The position numbers were made by a program, and so were the translations under genes. A stretch of 64,000 nucleotides of DNA from NCBI GenBank assembly GCA_003601775.1, contig PIYN01000008.1:18880-82879 (forward strand), written 5' to 3'. Every line of letters starts with the position of its first letter. Positions within the stretch are counted from its first letter, which is position 1. Shown piece after piece: positions 18,392 to 27,063 of this stretch. Under the pieces are notes generated by a model. It saw only the letters and a program-made list of their open reading frames with translations, was not told the DNA's origin and searched no databases. This DNA is from Candidatus Bathyarchaeota archaeon. Lineage in GTDB: Archaea; Thermoproteota; Bathyarchaeia; TCS64; PIYN01.

Positions 18392-19369
18392 TCACTCAAA
18401 CCTCCTGGGCCTCTTCAGGCGGCTGAGGAGGACGATCTCAGAGGGCTCCGACTCGTCTAAGATGTGGTATCCAGTCTCCCTGGCGAGTGCCTCTGCGAAG
18501 GCCCTGATCTCCTGGTGTGTGGGCATATCCTCGTAGGTGAGCCTCATTCTGTAGAAGCCCACGGCCATCGCGGCCTTCGGCTCCACATAGGTCGGGTTCG
18601 CCTTCGCTATGAGGCGTGCATATCCCTCTGGGTCCTTCAGGTTCAGTCCCCTCACCAGGGTGTGCCTCAGCACCGTCGGTGCCTCGAAGCTCTCGAGGAG
18701 CTCCAGGGTCTCGTTCAGCCTCCTCCACCCATCGGGGACGAGGGGCCTGCAGACCCTCTTATAGGTCTCTTCATCGGGGGCTGAGACGCTCACGTAGAGC
18801 TGTGAGGGCTCGTGACTCAGGTCCGCGAGGACGTCTGGTCGGAGGCCGTTGGTGACGAGGAAGACGGTCTTGAAGCCGTGTCTGAAGAACTCCCCGATGA
18901 GGTCGCCGATGTAGGGGTAGAGGGTCGGCTCCCCCTCGAGGCTCACCGCCGCGTGGACCGGGTTCATCGCCAGCTCCACCAGTCGGGGGTCCACCCTGGG
19001 GTTGCCCTTGAAGCCGGAGATGGCCCTGCGGTGGGCCTCGATGGACTGCTCCACGATGTAGGCGGGGTCCTCGGCCTCTCCCTCCTCGAAGCGGGTCTGG
19101 TCCCAGTCCACCCCGAGGTCGCTCGGCGTCGCCCTCCAGCAGAAGAGGCACCTCTGGAGGCACCTCCCAAGGCTCGGCGTCATCTGGAGGCACCTCAACG
19201 TCCTGATCCCATAGAACTTCTGCTTATAGCAGAACCTCCTCTCCCCCGTCCTCAGACTCTCCCTCGTCCAGTGGCAAGTCTTCACCGCACTATGGGTCCC
19301 TGCCAGCTGATAGCGCTGTCTTCTATAGGTCCTCAGAAGCTCCTCGGGGAGAACCATTACATATCCCAA
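18392..19369 (-). CDS. taw1: tRNA 4-demethylwyosine synthase (radical SAM, TYW1/Taw1)
   Basis: 325 aa. Contains HSAVKTCHWTRESL, the radical-SAM-like cluster CLQRCLFCWR, and the Taw1-type N-terminal Cys motif. Confidence 0.85.
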   Translation of the reverse strand: MGYVMVLPEELLRTYRRQRYQLAGTHSAVKTCHWTRESLRTGERRFCYKQKFYGIRTLRCLQMTPSLGRCLQRCLFCWRATPSDLGVDWDQTRFEEGEAEDPAYIVEQSIEAHRRAISGFKGNPRVDPRLVELAMNPVHAAVSLEGEPTLYPYIGDLIGEFFRHGFKTVFLVTNGLRPDVLADLSHEPSQLYVSVSAPDEETYKRVCRPLVPDGWRRLNETLELLESFEAPTVLRHTLVRGLNLKDPEGYARLIAKANPTYVEPKAAMAVGFYRMRLTYEDMPTHQEIRAFAEALARETGYHILDESEPSEIVLLSRLKRPRRFE

Positions 19370-19434
19370 ATCTTCGAGTTCCTTGGACTGATATAAATCT
19401 AAGGGAGGTAGCCGAAAGTTTATTATAGTTATGG

Positions 19435-19457
19435 CTATAGTATAATTGAAACTATAG
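19435..19457. promoter_or_regulatory. Inverted repeat CTATAGT-N9-ACTATAG in the taw1 / S-component divergent promoter region
   Basis: Read directly from the sequence. TATAGT also occurs at 19424, so there are three copies in 35 nt. The repeat overlaps the expected transcription start of the plus-strand operon. Confidence 0.35.
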
Positions 19458-19462
19458 TAGAG

Positions 19463-20059
19463 GTGTTAAGGTTGGGGTTGATCGAGGATGCCGTGTTAAG
19501 GGTTAAGACCCTTGACGTGAGGGACTTCGCTCTCATATCCATCTTCAGCGCCCTGATGGCCGTGACAACGATGTGGGCAATTCCGCTCCCCTTTGGCGGG
19601 ATCACCCACCTGGGGAACACGGTGATGTGGACGGCCTCCATCCTCTTCGGGGGGCTGATCGGGGGGATCGCCGGCGGAATCGGAGGTATGATCGTGGATC
19701 TCCTTGAGTGCCCCATCTGGGCGCCCTTCACCCCCTTCTGCAAATTAGCGAGTGGACTGGCCTGTGGGCTCGTCGCGGGGGAGCCAAGGGACCTGAATAG
19801 GGTGACCGTTGTTCGTATTGTAGCGGCTACGATCGTCGGGGCCGCGGTCAACTGCCTCGCCTACGCCCCAGTCTACCTATACCTCCTCGGCTATCAGAGC
19901 ATGATCACTTGGCTTATCTACTTCGTCCTCCCCAGCCCCACGAGGCTTATCACCTACATCAGCACCCCCATCCTATCGATAGCGACCCTAAAGGCCTATC
20001 CAGGCATCCAGAGCTATAGGGAATCGGTAAAGAACAGGATCATATCCTACAGGAGGTGA
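19463..20059 (+). CDS. Polytopic membrane protein, ECF S-component-like
   Basis: 198 aa. Contains ITHLGNTVMWTASILFGGLIGGIAGGIGGMIVDLL. Its stop lies 8 nt before the amidohydrolase ATG. Confidence 0.55.
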   Translation: MLRLGLIEDAVLRVKTLDVRDFALISIFSALMAVTTMWAIPLPFGGITHLGNTVMWTASILFGGLIGGIAGGIGGMIVDLLECPIWAPFTPFCKLASGLACGLVAGEPRDLNRVTVVRIVAATIVGAAVNCLAYAPVYLYLLGYQSMITWLIYFVLPSPTRLITYISTPILSIATLKAYPGIQSYRESVKNRIISYRR

Positions 20060-20067
20060 GGAGGAGC

Positions 20068-20802
20068 ATGGACTGGTGGGAGAAGTATTACATCGTCGAC
20101 GCCCACGCCCACATACGTCTTAGGGACCCCCTCTTCGGCGTGGAGATGTCGCCCGAGAGGTTGAGGAGGCTTATGAAGAAATACAACTACGCCCGATGCA
20201 TAATAATGAGCAAGGACAACGCCGCTGTTGAAAGGGCAGTCCGTGGCTCTAAGGATCTCCTGGCAAACGTCTGGGTGAACCCCAAGGAGAGAGATTGCTG
20301 TCAAGTACTGCGCAGATATCTACAGAAGGAGAACTTCGTGGGAGTGAAACTCCACCCCCTCTTCGACGGCTACCTCCCCCACGACCCGATCGTGCACCCC
20401 GTGGTGGAGGTCGCCGAGGAGTTCGATGTCCCCATCCAATTTCACTGTGGCCACCCCCCCTTCAGCCTGCCATGGAGTTTCGAGCCCCTGGCGAGGGAGT
20501 TCCCTCAAGTGAAGATGGTCCTCCTCCACATGGGGCATGGACACGTCGTCTACATAAATGGAGCTATAGAGGTCGCGGAGAGGAACCCAAACATCTACCT
20601 TGAGACGAGCGGGATGCCCATGCACACGAAGATAAAGGAGGCCGTGGAACGTGTCGGCAGGGACCGGGTCCTCTACGGTGACGACATACCCTGTGGACAT
20701 CCCTCCTGGGAACTCGAGAAGACGAGGGCGGCAGGACTGGTGGAGGAGGACCTCAGGAGGGTGCTGGGAGAGAACGCACGGAGACTCTACAGCCTCGAAT
20801 AG
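20068..20802 (+). CDS. Metal-dependent amidohydrolase (Amidohydro_2-like TIM barrel)
   Basis: Contains YYIVDAHAHI, LLHMGHGH and YGDDIPCGHP. The ORF opens at GTG 20056, but the ATG at 20068 is preceded by GGAGGTGAGGAGG. Confidence 0.8.
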   Translation: MDWWEKYYIVDAHAHIRLRDPLFGVEMSPERLRRLMKKYNYARCIIMSKDNAAVERAVRGSKDLLANVWVNPKERDCCQVLRRYLQKENFVGVKLHPLFDGYLPHDPIVHPVVEVAEEFDVPIQFHCGHPPFSLPWSFEPLAREFPQVKMVLLHMGHGHVVYINGAIEVAERNPNIYLETSGMPMHTKIKEAVERVGRDRVLYGDDIPCGHPSWELEKTRAAGLVEEDLRRVLGENARRLYSLE

Positions 20803-20864
20803 AGCAGAGAGGCCTCCCACTTCTTTATGAGGAAACAGCAGACTTATCTACTTCCTCGCAATAA

Positions 20865-20874
20865 TGTTTAAATC
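20865..20874 (+). promoter_or_regulatory. TATA-box-like element for the S13-S4-S11-RpoD-L18e operon
   Basis: tgtttaaatc lies about 35-43 nt upstream of the S13 start codon. Confidence 0.35.
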
Positions 20875-20907
20875 TGCCACTCCTTTAGAGATTGGGGAGA
20901 AGTCGCC

Positions 20908-21363
20908 GTGCCCAGAGAGATCAGGTACGTCGTGAGGCTTGCCGGGACCGGGCTGGATGGGACGAAGAAGGTCCCCTACGCCCTCAAGGGCATAAAGGGC
21001 GTGGGGATACGCCTAGGTCACGCTATAGTCAAGGCCGCTGGGATAGACCCTGAGGCCCGCCTCGGGGAGCTCTCCGACGGGGAGCTCAGGAAGATCGAGG
21101 AGGTACTCAGCGACCCTCTCGGTCATGGGATACCGACCTGGCTGCTCAACAGGAGGAGGGACCCGCAGACGGGGAGGGACCTGCTCCTCATAGGGCCTGA
21201 CCTTGACCTCCGTGTTAAGGCCGATATAGATCTGATGAAGGAGATCCGGAGCTGGAAGGGTGTGCGCCACGCCCAGGGCCTGAAGGTGCGGGGGCAGAGG
21301 ACGAGGACGACGGGGAGGACGGGGAAGGCCGTCGGCGTGAGCAGGAAGCGGAGAGGCCGTTAA
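20908..21363 (+). CDS. rps13: 30S ribosomal protein S13 (uS13)
   Basis: 151 aa. Contains RLAGTGLDGTKKVPYALKGIKGVGIRLGHAI and a basic C-terminal tail. Confidence 0.95.
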   Translation: MPREIRYVVRLAGTGLDGTKKVPYALKGIKGVGIRLGHAIVKAAGIDPEARLGELSDGELRKIEEVLSDPLGHGIPTWLLNRRRDPQTGRDLLLIGPDLDLRVKADIDLMKEIRSWKGVRHAQGLKVRGQRTRTTGRTGKAVGVSRKRRGR

Positions 21364-21377
21364 GGGGAGGGAGGAGG

Positions 21378-21932
21378 ATGGGGGACCCGAAGAAGAAGCA
21401 TAAGAAGTACAAGACCCCCAAGAGGCCTTATGACGAGGAGCGCCTGAGGGAGGAGCTGAGGCTCATAGGGACCTATGGGCTGAGGAATAAGAGAGAGCTC
21501 TGGCGTCATAGGACGATGCTCAGGAAGTACCGGCGGATCGCCAGGGAGATGCTCTCCCTGGAACCGGCGGAGAGGGCCAAGGGGGAGAGGGAGCTCATCA
21601 GGAAGCTCTATGCCCTCGGCCTCATCTCGAAGGGGGCGACCCTCGAGGACGTCCTGGGCCTGAGGATAGAGGATATATTGGAGAGGAGGCTCCAGACTCT
21701 CGTCTATAGGAAGGGGATGGCCTCCTCCCTCTTCCAGGCGAGGCAGCTCATCGTTCACGGCCACATAGCGGTGGGGGGGAAGAAGGTGACCTCACCAGGG
21801 TACATAGTGCCGAGGGAGGAGGAGGGACGGATCGGATACACGTCGAGCAGCCCCCTGGCCGTGGCGACCCATCCCCTGAGGCAGGAACTTACGGCCCTCC
21901 AGGGCCTGAGGGGTGAGGGGAGAGGTGAGTAA
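21378..21932 (+). CDS. rps4: 30S ribosomal protein S4 (uS4)
   Basis: 184 aa. Contains [19 protein letters not shown] and an S4 RNA-binding domain ([28 protein letters not shown]). Confidence 0.95.
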   Translation: MGDPKKKHKKYKTPKRPYDEERLREELRLIGTYGLRNKRELWRHRTMLRKYRRIAREMLSLEPAERAKGERELIRKLYALGLISKGATLEDVLGLRIEDILERRLQTLVYRKGMASSLFQARQLIVHGHIAVGGKKVTSPGYIVPREEEGRIGYTSSSPLAVATHPLRQELTALQGLRGEGRGE

Positions 21933-22320
21933 GAGGAGGGAGATGTGGGCCGTCGTCCACATACTGAGCTCCTATAACAATACCCACGTCCACGCCACGG
22001 ATATCACGGGGGCGGAGACGATAGCGAGGGCGAGCGGCGGGATGTTCGTGAAGGCTGATAGGCTCGAGTCCTCCCCCTATGCCGCGATGAAGGCCGCCCA
22101 GTACGTGGCTGAGATCATGAAGAGGCGTGGGGTGACCTCGATACACATCAAGGTGAGGGCGCCGGGCGGGATCAAATCCAAGACCCCCGGGCCCGGGGCC
22201 CAGGCGGCGATCAGGGCGCTGGCGAGGAGCGGCTTCAACATCGGTCGGATCGAGGAGGTCACCCCGATACCTCATGACGGGACTAGGAAGCCCGGGGGGA
22301 GGAGGGGCAGGAGACTCTAA
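21913..22320 (+). CDS. rps11: 30S ribosomal protein S11 (uS11)
   Basis: 135 aa. Contains [27 protein letters not shown] and THE C-terminal [17 protein letters not shown]. Confidence 0.95.
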   Translation: MRGEVSKRREMWAVVHILSSYNNTHVHATDITGAETIARASGGMFVKADRLESSPYAAMKAAQYVAEIMKRRGVTSIHIKVRAPGGIKSKTPGPGAQAAIRALARSGFNIGRIEEVTPIPHDGTRKPGGRRGRRL

Positions 22321-22321
22321 A

Positions 22322-23173
22322 TTGAGGGTCGAGTTGGTCGAGAGGAGGGGGGAGACCCTTAGGTTCATCCTCCACGGCGTGCCGACCTCCTTCGCGAACG
22401 CCCTGAGGAGGATCATGATAGCCGAGGTCCCGACGATGACCATCGACGACGTCTTCATCTTCGAGAACTCCTCCGTCCTCAGCGACGAGTTCCTTGCCCA
22501 CCGCCTGGGCCTCATACCCCTGACCACCGACCTCGACTCCTACGTCCTCCCCGAGGAGTGTGAGTGCAAGAGCGAGCTGGGATGCGATCGATGCAGGGCG
22601 GTCCTCACCCTGGACGTCAGGGCAGAGGAGGAGGTGAGGACGGTCTACTCCGGCGACCTGAAGCCCGGGGACCCCAAGATCAGGCCGGTCAGCGATGGGA
22701 TACCCATCGTGAAACTCGCCCCAGGGCAGAGCCTGAAGCTGGAGGCCTACGCCCGCCTCGGCCTGGGGAAGGTTCACGCCAAGTGGCAGCCGGTCTCCGA
22801 GTGTGTCTACCAGAACCTCCCGAGGATCGAGATCGACGGGGATCGATGTAACCTCTGCGGCGCCTGCGTCGAGGCCTGCCCCCGAGACATCCTGGAGGTC
22901 GTGGAGGGGGGACTGAGGGTGAAGCGTCTCCTCGACTGCTTCGTCTGCGGCTTCTGTGAGAAGGCCTGCCCCCTGGATCCATCGGCCGTGAGGCCTGGCT
23001 TCGTCGAGGACTCCTTCCTCTACACCATCGAGTCCACGGGGGCCCTGTCCCCCGAGCGGATCGTCCTGGAGGCGGCGCGGGTCCTGGCGAGGAAGATGGG
23101 GGAGTTCATGGAGGAGGTCAGACGACTGGGCGGTGAGGGAGGTGAGGGGGATGGTGAGGAGGGGGATGACTAA
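22322..23173 (+). CDS. rpoD: DNA-directed RNA polymerase subunit D (Rpo3) with a 4Fe-4S ferredoxin-like insert
   Basis: Contains RFILHGVPTSFANALRRIMIAEVP and the Cys clusters CNLCGACVEACP and CFVCGFCEKACP. The ORF opens at 22274. The in-frame TTG at 22322, right after the S11 stop, gives a typical N-terminus. Confidence 0.9.
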   Translation: MRVELVERRGETLRFILHGVPTSFANALRRIMIAEVPTMTIDDVFIFENSSVLSDEFLAHRLGLIPLTTDLDSYVLPEECECKSELGCDRCRAVLTLDVRAEEEVRTVYSGDLKPGDPKIRPVSDGIPIVKLAPGQSLKLEAYARLGLGKVHAKWQPVSECVYQNLPRIEIDGDRCNLCGACVEACPRDILEVVEGGLRVKRLLDCFVCGFCEKACPLDPSAVRPGFVEDSFLYTIESTGALSPERIVLEAARVLARKMGEFMEEVRRLGGEGGEGDGEEGDD

Positions 23174-23513
23174 CCCGGAGCTCATCTCGACGATCAGGGA
23201 GCTGAAGAAGAAGGCGAGGCGTGAGGGCGTCGCCCTATGGAGGGCTCTGGCGGAGGAACTTGACAAGGCGAAGAGGAGGAGGGTCGTGGTGAACCTGAGC
23301 AGGCTGAACAGGCATACGAAGGAGGGGGAGGTCGTCGCCGTCCCCGGGAAGGTTCTCGGCGCCGGGGATCTCGATCACCCCATCACGGTCGCTGCCTTCC
23401 GCTTCTCCGAGACCGCCCTGAGGAAGATCTCCCTCGCCAAGGGCAGGTCCATGAGTCTCAAGGAGCTGATGGATTCAGGGATCCCGCCATCGAGGATCAG
23501 GATAATGAAGTAG
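23166..23513 (+). CDS. rpl18e: 50S ribosomal protein L18e
   Basis: Contains MTNPELISTIRELKKKARREGVALWRALAEEL and EVVAVPGKVLGAG. The ATG overlaps the rpoD stop. The ORF opens earlier, at 23133. Confidence 0.9.
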   Translation: MTNPELISTIRELKKKARREGVALWRALAEELDKAKRRRVVVNLSRLNRHTKEGEVVAVPGKVLGAGDLDHPITVAAFRFSETALRKISLAKGRSMSLKELMDSGIPPSRIRIMK

Positions 23514-23603
23514 GTCCCCTGGACCAACCTACTGGTGGTCCTTAGGCAGATCCCTACTTGAGATATAAGGAGAATCAGCCCCTATGCCTTTTCCCTCGAT
23601 CTC

Positions 23604-23864
23604 CTATTCGACGATCTTGTAGACGATGTCCCCCTTCCTCGCCCTCTCCTTGACCTTCAGCCCTATGGAGTCCCCAGGCTTCGCCTCCTTGACGTTCACA
23701 TGCTCTATCTGCATCGACTCTACCTTCTGCTCGAAGTCCGTTGTCATCCCCTTTATCGCGATCCGGTCCCCGATCCTCAGGGGGGCCTTCAACTCCACCA
23801 CCGCGACGCCGATCCTGGTGAAGTAGTGGGTGACCCTCCCCACCTCCTCCAACCTCTCTGACAT
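23604..23864 (-). CDS. Small beta-barrel protein resembling EF-Tu domain II
   Basis: 86 aa. Contains VTHYFTRIGVAVVELKAPLRIGDRIAIKG...AKPGDSIGLKV...KGDIVYKI. Confidence 0.65.
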   Translation of the reverse strand: MSERLEEVGRVTHYFTRIGVAVVELKAPLRIGDRIAIKGMTTDFEQKVESMQIEHVNVKEAKPGDSIGLKVKERARKGDIVYKIVE

Positions 23865-23897
23865 AATTATAGGTTAGTTCCCTGTTTTTAAAAGAGT

Positions 23898-24695
23898 TTA
23901 GATTAATCGTAGAATTATCATGAAGATGCCGAGAAGGATGAACATCGCCCCCACGACCTTGGAGAAGGTCTCCTCGTCGGCGAGGTTGGCGAAGACGGTG
24001 CCCCCGTAGCCGCCAAGGATCGTCCCGAGGCCTATGACGGCGCCCGCGAGGAGGTTGATGTTCCCCTGTAGGGCATACCCTACCGTCCCTGAGGCCGCCG
24101 TAATGGCCATGATGAGGGTCGAGGTCCCCACGGCCATGTGGGTTGGGTAGTTGAGGAGGAAGAGGAGGACGAGGAGGATGAGGAGCCCCCCTCCTGCCCC
24201 GAAGATCCCCCCATTCAGGCCTATGAGGAACCCCAGGAGTAGCGGCACCAACCTCCTCGCCCAGGAGGACTTGAGGTTCGCCCTTCCCCGGATCCTCTCA
24301 AGGTACTCCTCCCTCCGCGCCCCTCCCTTCCACATACCCACACCCGAGAGGATGAGCATGAGGCCGAAGGCCCAGCGGAGGCCGAGGTCCGGTATAAACT
24401 GGCAGAAGAGGGCCCCGACCTGTGCGCCGGCTATGGATCCAAGGGCCATGAGGGCCCCGGGCCTTAGGTCGACGTTCCCGTGTCGGTGGTAGCCGTAGGC
24501 GACTGCGAGGGAGGCGATGACGTCCACGAGGAGGCTCGTTCCGATGGAGGTGTGGATGGGGAAGCCCTGGAGGAGGTTGAGGGCCGGGACGATGATCATC
24601 ACCCCGCTCGCGCCGACGAGGCTCGTGACGAGGCCTGCGACGACGCCGATGAGGACCAAGGAGAGAAGTAAAATAGGATCTAACCCCACTTTCAT
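23898..24695 (-). CDS. TauE/SafE-family anion (sulfite) exporter membrane protein
   Basis: 265 aa with about 8 TM segments. Has duplicated VAGLVTSLVGASGVMIIVPAL / GLNGGIFGAGGGLLIL motifs. Confidence 0.82.
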   Translation of the reverse strand: MKVGLDPILLLSLVLIGVVAGLVTSLVGASGVMIIVPALNLLQGFPIHTSIGTSLLVDVIASLAVAYGYHRHGNVDLRPGALMALGSIAGAQVGALFCQFIPDLGLRWAFGLMLILSGVGMWKGGARREEYLERIRGRANLKSSWARRLVPLLLGFLIGLNGGIFGAGGGLLILLVLLFLLNYPTHMAVGTSTLIMAITAASGTVGYALQGNINLLAGAVIGLGTILGGYGGTVFANLADEETFSKVVGAMFILLGIFMIILRLI

Positions 24696-25430
24696 TAGCC
24701 TCCGATATTAAGACCTAAATTATTACAAGCCTTTAAACCCCCACTCCAGAAAAACTCAAAGTTTAAAGTTTTTAAGTTTTTGGATAAAACCTTTTAAATA
24801 TTTGTAGAAGGGTCCATATAGTTTATGTAACAACATAATGTGCCAAATTAATGTTATAACTACAAAAAGGAAAGTTACATTTTGTTCACGTAACGACATT
24901 TCTTTAATATCGCTCAAAATAAAATTCTCAATTAGAGGAGAAGGATATCTAGGTATCTGGAAACGATCTTCTACATACGCTATTAAAGGATAAGTCCATA
25001 AAGCACGTTTAATAAAAAATATGAAACCAATATTTAAAAAGAGACTCATTATGCTATAAAATATATATCGATTTTTTGAATTACTTAATAAAATTTCTAT
25101 ATAACAAATAAAAAGACCCAGTGCCGCAACAGTCCATTGAAGTTGTCTATTTAATTGAAGATTTATAAACGAATAAGCGTCATCCTTACTTTCTATCTCT
25201 TTCATTATCGTGGAATTCTCTTGTGGCCATCCGCGTGAGAATCTAAATGAGATAGATATCGAAACCAACAAACAGATTGTTATAACACATAATTTTCTAA
25301 CATTCATCTTAAAATCAATTGAATTATTATTGTTCATTTATATATCTTTTCTGTTCTTGAAAATTGCACAGAGTTATTTTTACCATTTTATAAACAATTA
25401 ACATAATTTCTCCAGCTTTTAATCTTCTAT
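24696..25430. other. AT-rich compositional island (about 27-30% GC) inside >60% GC DNA
   Basis: One counted line (24781-24840) has 16/60 G+C. A flanking line (24181-24240) has 39/60. Confidence 0.85.
24756..25337 (-). CDS. ORFan membrane protein (193 aa) with strongly AT-biased codons
   Basis: A long ORF maintained in very AT-rich DNA. It has 4-5 hydrophobic segments (LCVITICLLVSISISF, WTVAALGLFICYIEILL, IFYSIMSLFLNIGFIFFI, VTFLFVVITLIWHIMLL). I do not recognise a family. Confidence 0.6.
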   Translation of the reverse strand: MNNNNSIDFKMNVRKLCVITICLLVSISISFRFSRGWPQENSTIMKEIESKDDAYSFINLQLNRQLQWTVAALGLFICYIEILLSNSKNRYIFYSIMSLFLNIGFIFFIKRALWTYPLIAYVEDRFQIPRYPSPLIENFILSDIKEMSLREQNVTFLFVVITLIWHIMLLHKLYGPFYKYLKGFIQKLKNFKL

Positions 25431-25930
25431 GGGAAGAAAGGGTTAATTCCTTTCGCTATAAACTCTGGTATCTGACTCACCCAGACGAGGAGCCAGAATC
25501 CTATCCAAGGGCTGAGTAGTCCCCCAAGATCGTCCTTGAGTCGTCGGCTGAAGAGTCTGGTCTTTGAGACGATGTAGGTCAGAGCGAGGATATGGCTCGC
25601 AAGGATGAAGTGGTGTATGTGGTACCCGCAGAGGTATAGCCTGAGCCTCAGGGGTGAGAGGTGGATGCCGGGCAGGGCGTCGGTGAGTAGGAGGGTGGGG
25701 ACGGCGAGGAGCCCCCCGAGGAGGGTGGAGCTGGACCTCAGCCTCCCCCTCCAGGACCATAGGATGTAGAGGGGGATGAGGACTATGACCGTGGCGTCCA
25801 GGCGGAGGGCCCAGGCCGTTGGCCAACTCCGGAGACTACAGGAGGCCATCAAGAGGAGTGGGAATAAGAGGTAGGGGAGGACCAGTAGGCTCTCTCTCAG
25901 CGATCTCATAACGTTCAGCTCTACTCTCAT
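25427..25930 (-). CDS. Hypothetical membrane protein
   Basis: 167 aa with 4-5 TM segments and native high-GC codon usage. No recognisable motif. Confidence 0.5.
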   Translation of the reverse strand: MRVELNVMRSLRESLLVLPYLLFPLLLMASCSLRSWPTAWALRLDATVIVLIPLYILWSWRGRLRSSSTLLGGLLAVPTLLLTDALPGIHLSPLRLRLYLCGYHIHHFILASHILALTYIVSKTRLFSRRLKDDLGGLLSPWIGFWLLVWVSQIPEFIAKGINPFFP

Positions 25931-26035
25931 TTGTCTCCCGCAGACAAAAACCTTGTGAGCAGTCTCTGGGCCCGGTCAAACGGACAGCTTGGTCGAGAGG
26001 GGGGAAAGGTAATATTGGGAGAGGGGGATTAGTGG

Positions 26036-27025
26036 ATGAGGGATGTTCTCATGTATGAGAGACCAACCTTTCAGGACGTCCTCAGGGCGAGGAGGAGGCT
26101 CGCCCCTTACCTCCTGAGGACGCCTCTCCACCACTACCCCACCCTCTCGAGGATGCTTGGCTTCGAGGTCTACATAAAACACGAGAACCACCAGCCCACG
26201 GGCTCCTTCAAGGTCCGGGGAGGAATAAACCTCATCTCCCAGCTCAGCGAGGAGGAGAAGCGGAGGGGCGTCATCACGGCCTCGACGGGGAACCACGGCC
26301 AATCCGTCGCCTACGCCTCCAGGCTCTTCGGGGTCCAGGCGACGGTCCTCGTCCCCGAGGGTGCGAACCCCGACAAGGTGGAGTCGATGAGGGCGTTGGG
26401 GGCGAGGGTCATACACCATGGGAGGGACTTCGAGGAGGCGAGGCTCTACGCGGAGGAGCTGGCCGAGAAGCATGGATATAGGTATATCCACGCGGCCAAC
26501 GAGCCGATGCTCATAGCGGGCGTCGGGACGATGGGCCTCGAGATCATAGAGGACCTGCCGGAGGTGGAGACGATCCTCGTCCCCATCGGCGGGGGATCGG
26601 AGGCGGCCGGGATCAGCATAGTGGCCAAGACCCTGAACCCGGAGATAGAGGTCATAGGGGTCCAGGCAGAAGGGGCGCCCGCCGTCTACCTCTCCTGGAA
26701 GGAGGGGCGGATAGTGGAGACATCCTCCGTGAAGACGATAGCGGATGGATTGGCGACGAGGAGGGCCTTCGAACTTCCCTTGGGGATCATCAGGGACCTC
26801 ATCGATGACATCGTCCTCGTCACCGACGACGAGATACGCTCCGCCATAAGGCTCCTCCTCAGCAAGACGCATAACGTCGCGGAAGGAGCCGGGGCGGCGA
26901 CGACGGCGGCGGCTGTGAAGTTCAAGGAGAGGCTTAAGGGACGCAAGGTCGCCCTCATCCTCAGCGGGGGTAACATCACCCTCGAGGAGCTGAGGGAGAT
27001 CCTGAGGGAGGAACCCCAAAAGTAG
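26036..27025 (+). CDS. Threonine/serine ammonia-lyase (fold-type II PLP enzyme, no ACT domain)
   Basis: 329 aa. PLP-Lys motif PTGSFKVRGG, then ASTGNHGQSVAYAS and the Gly loop PIGGGSEAAG. Confidence 0.85.
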   Translation: MRDVLMYERPTFQDVLRARRRLAPYLLRTPLHHYPTLSRMLGFEVYIKHENHQPTGSFKVRGGINLISQLSEEEKRRGVITASTGNHGQSVAYASRLFGVQATVLVPEGANPDKVESMRALGARVIHHGRDFEEARLYAEELAEKHGYRYIHAANEPMLIAGVGTMGLEIIEDLPEVETILVPIGGGSEAAGISIVAKTLNPEIEVIGVQAEGAPAVYLSWKEGRIVETSSVKTIADGLATRRAFELPLGIIRDLIDDIVLVTDDEIRSAIRLLLSKTHNVAEGAGAATTAAAVKFKERLKGRKVALILSGGNITLEELREILREEPQK

Positions 27026-27063
27026 TATAGAGGAGCGAGGGATAACTCTACTGGGAGAGGAAG

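Noticed and set aside
25976-27019. 347-aa minus-strand ORF
   Set aside because: It is antisense to the threonine ammonia-lyase gene, which carries clear PLP motifs. The product is a Pro/Arg/Asp-rich shadow.
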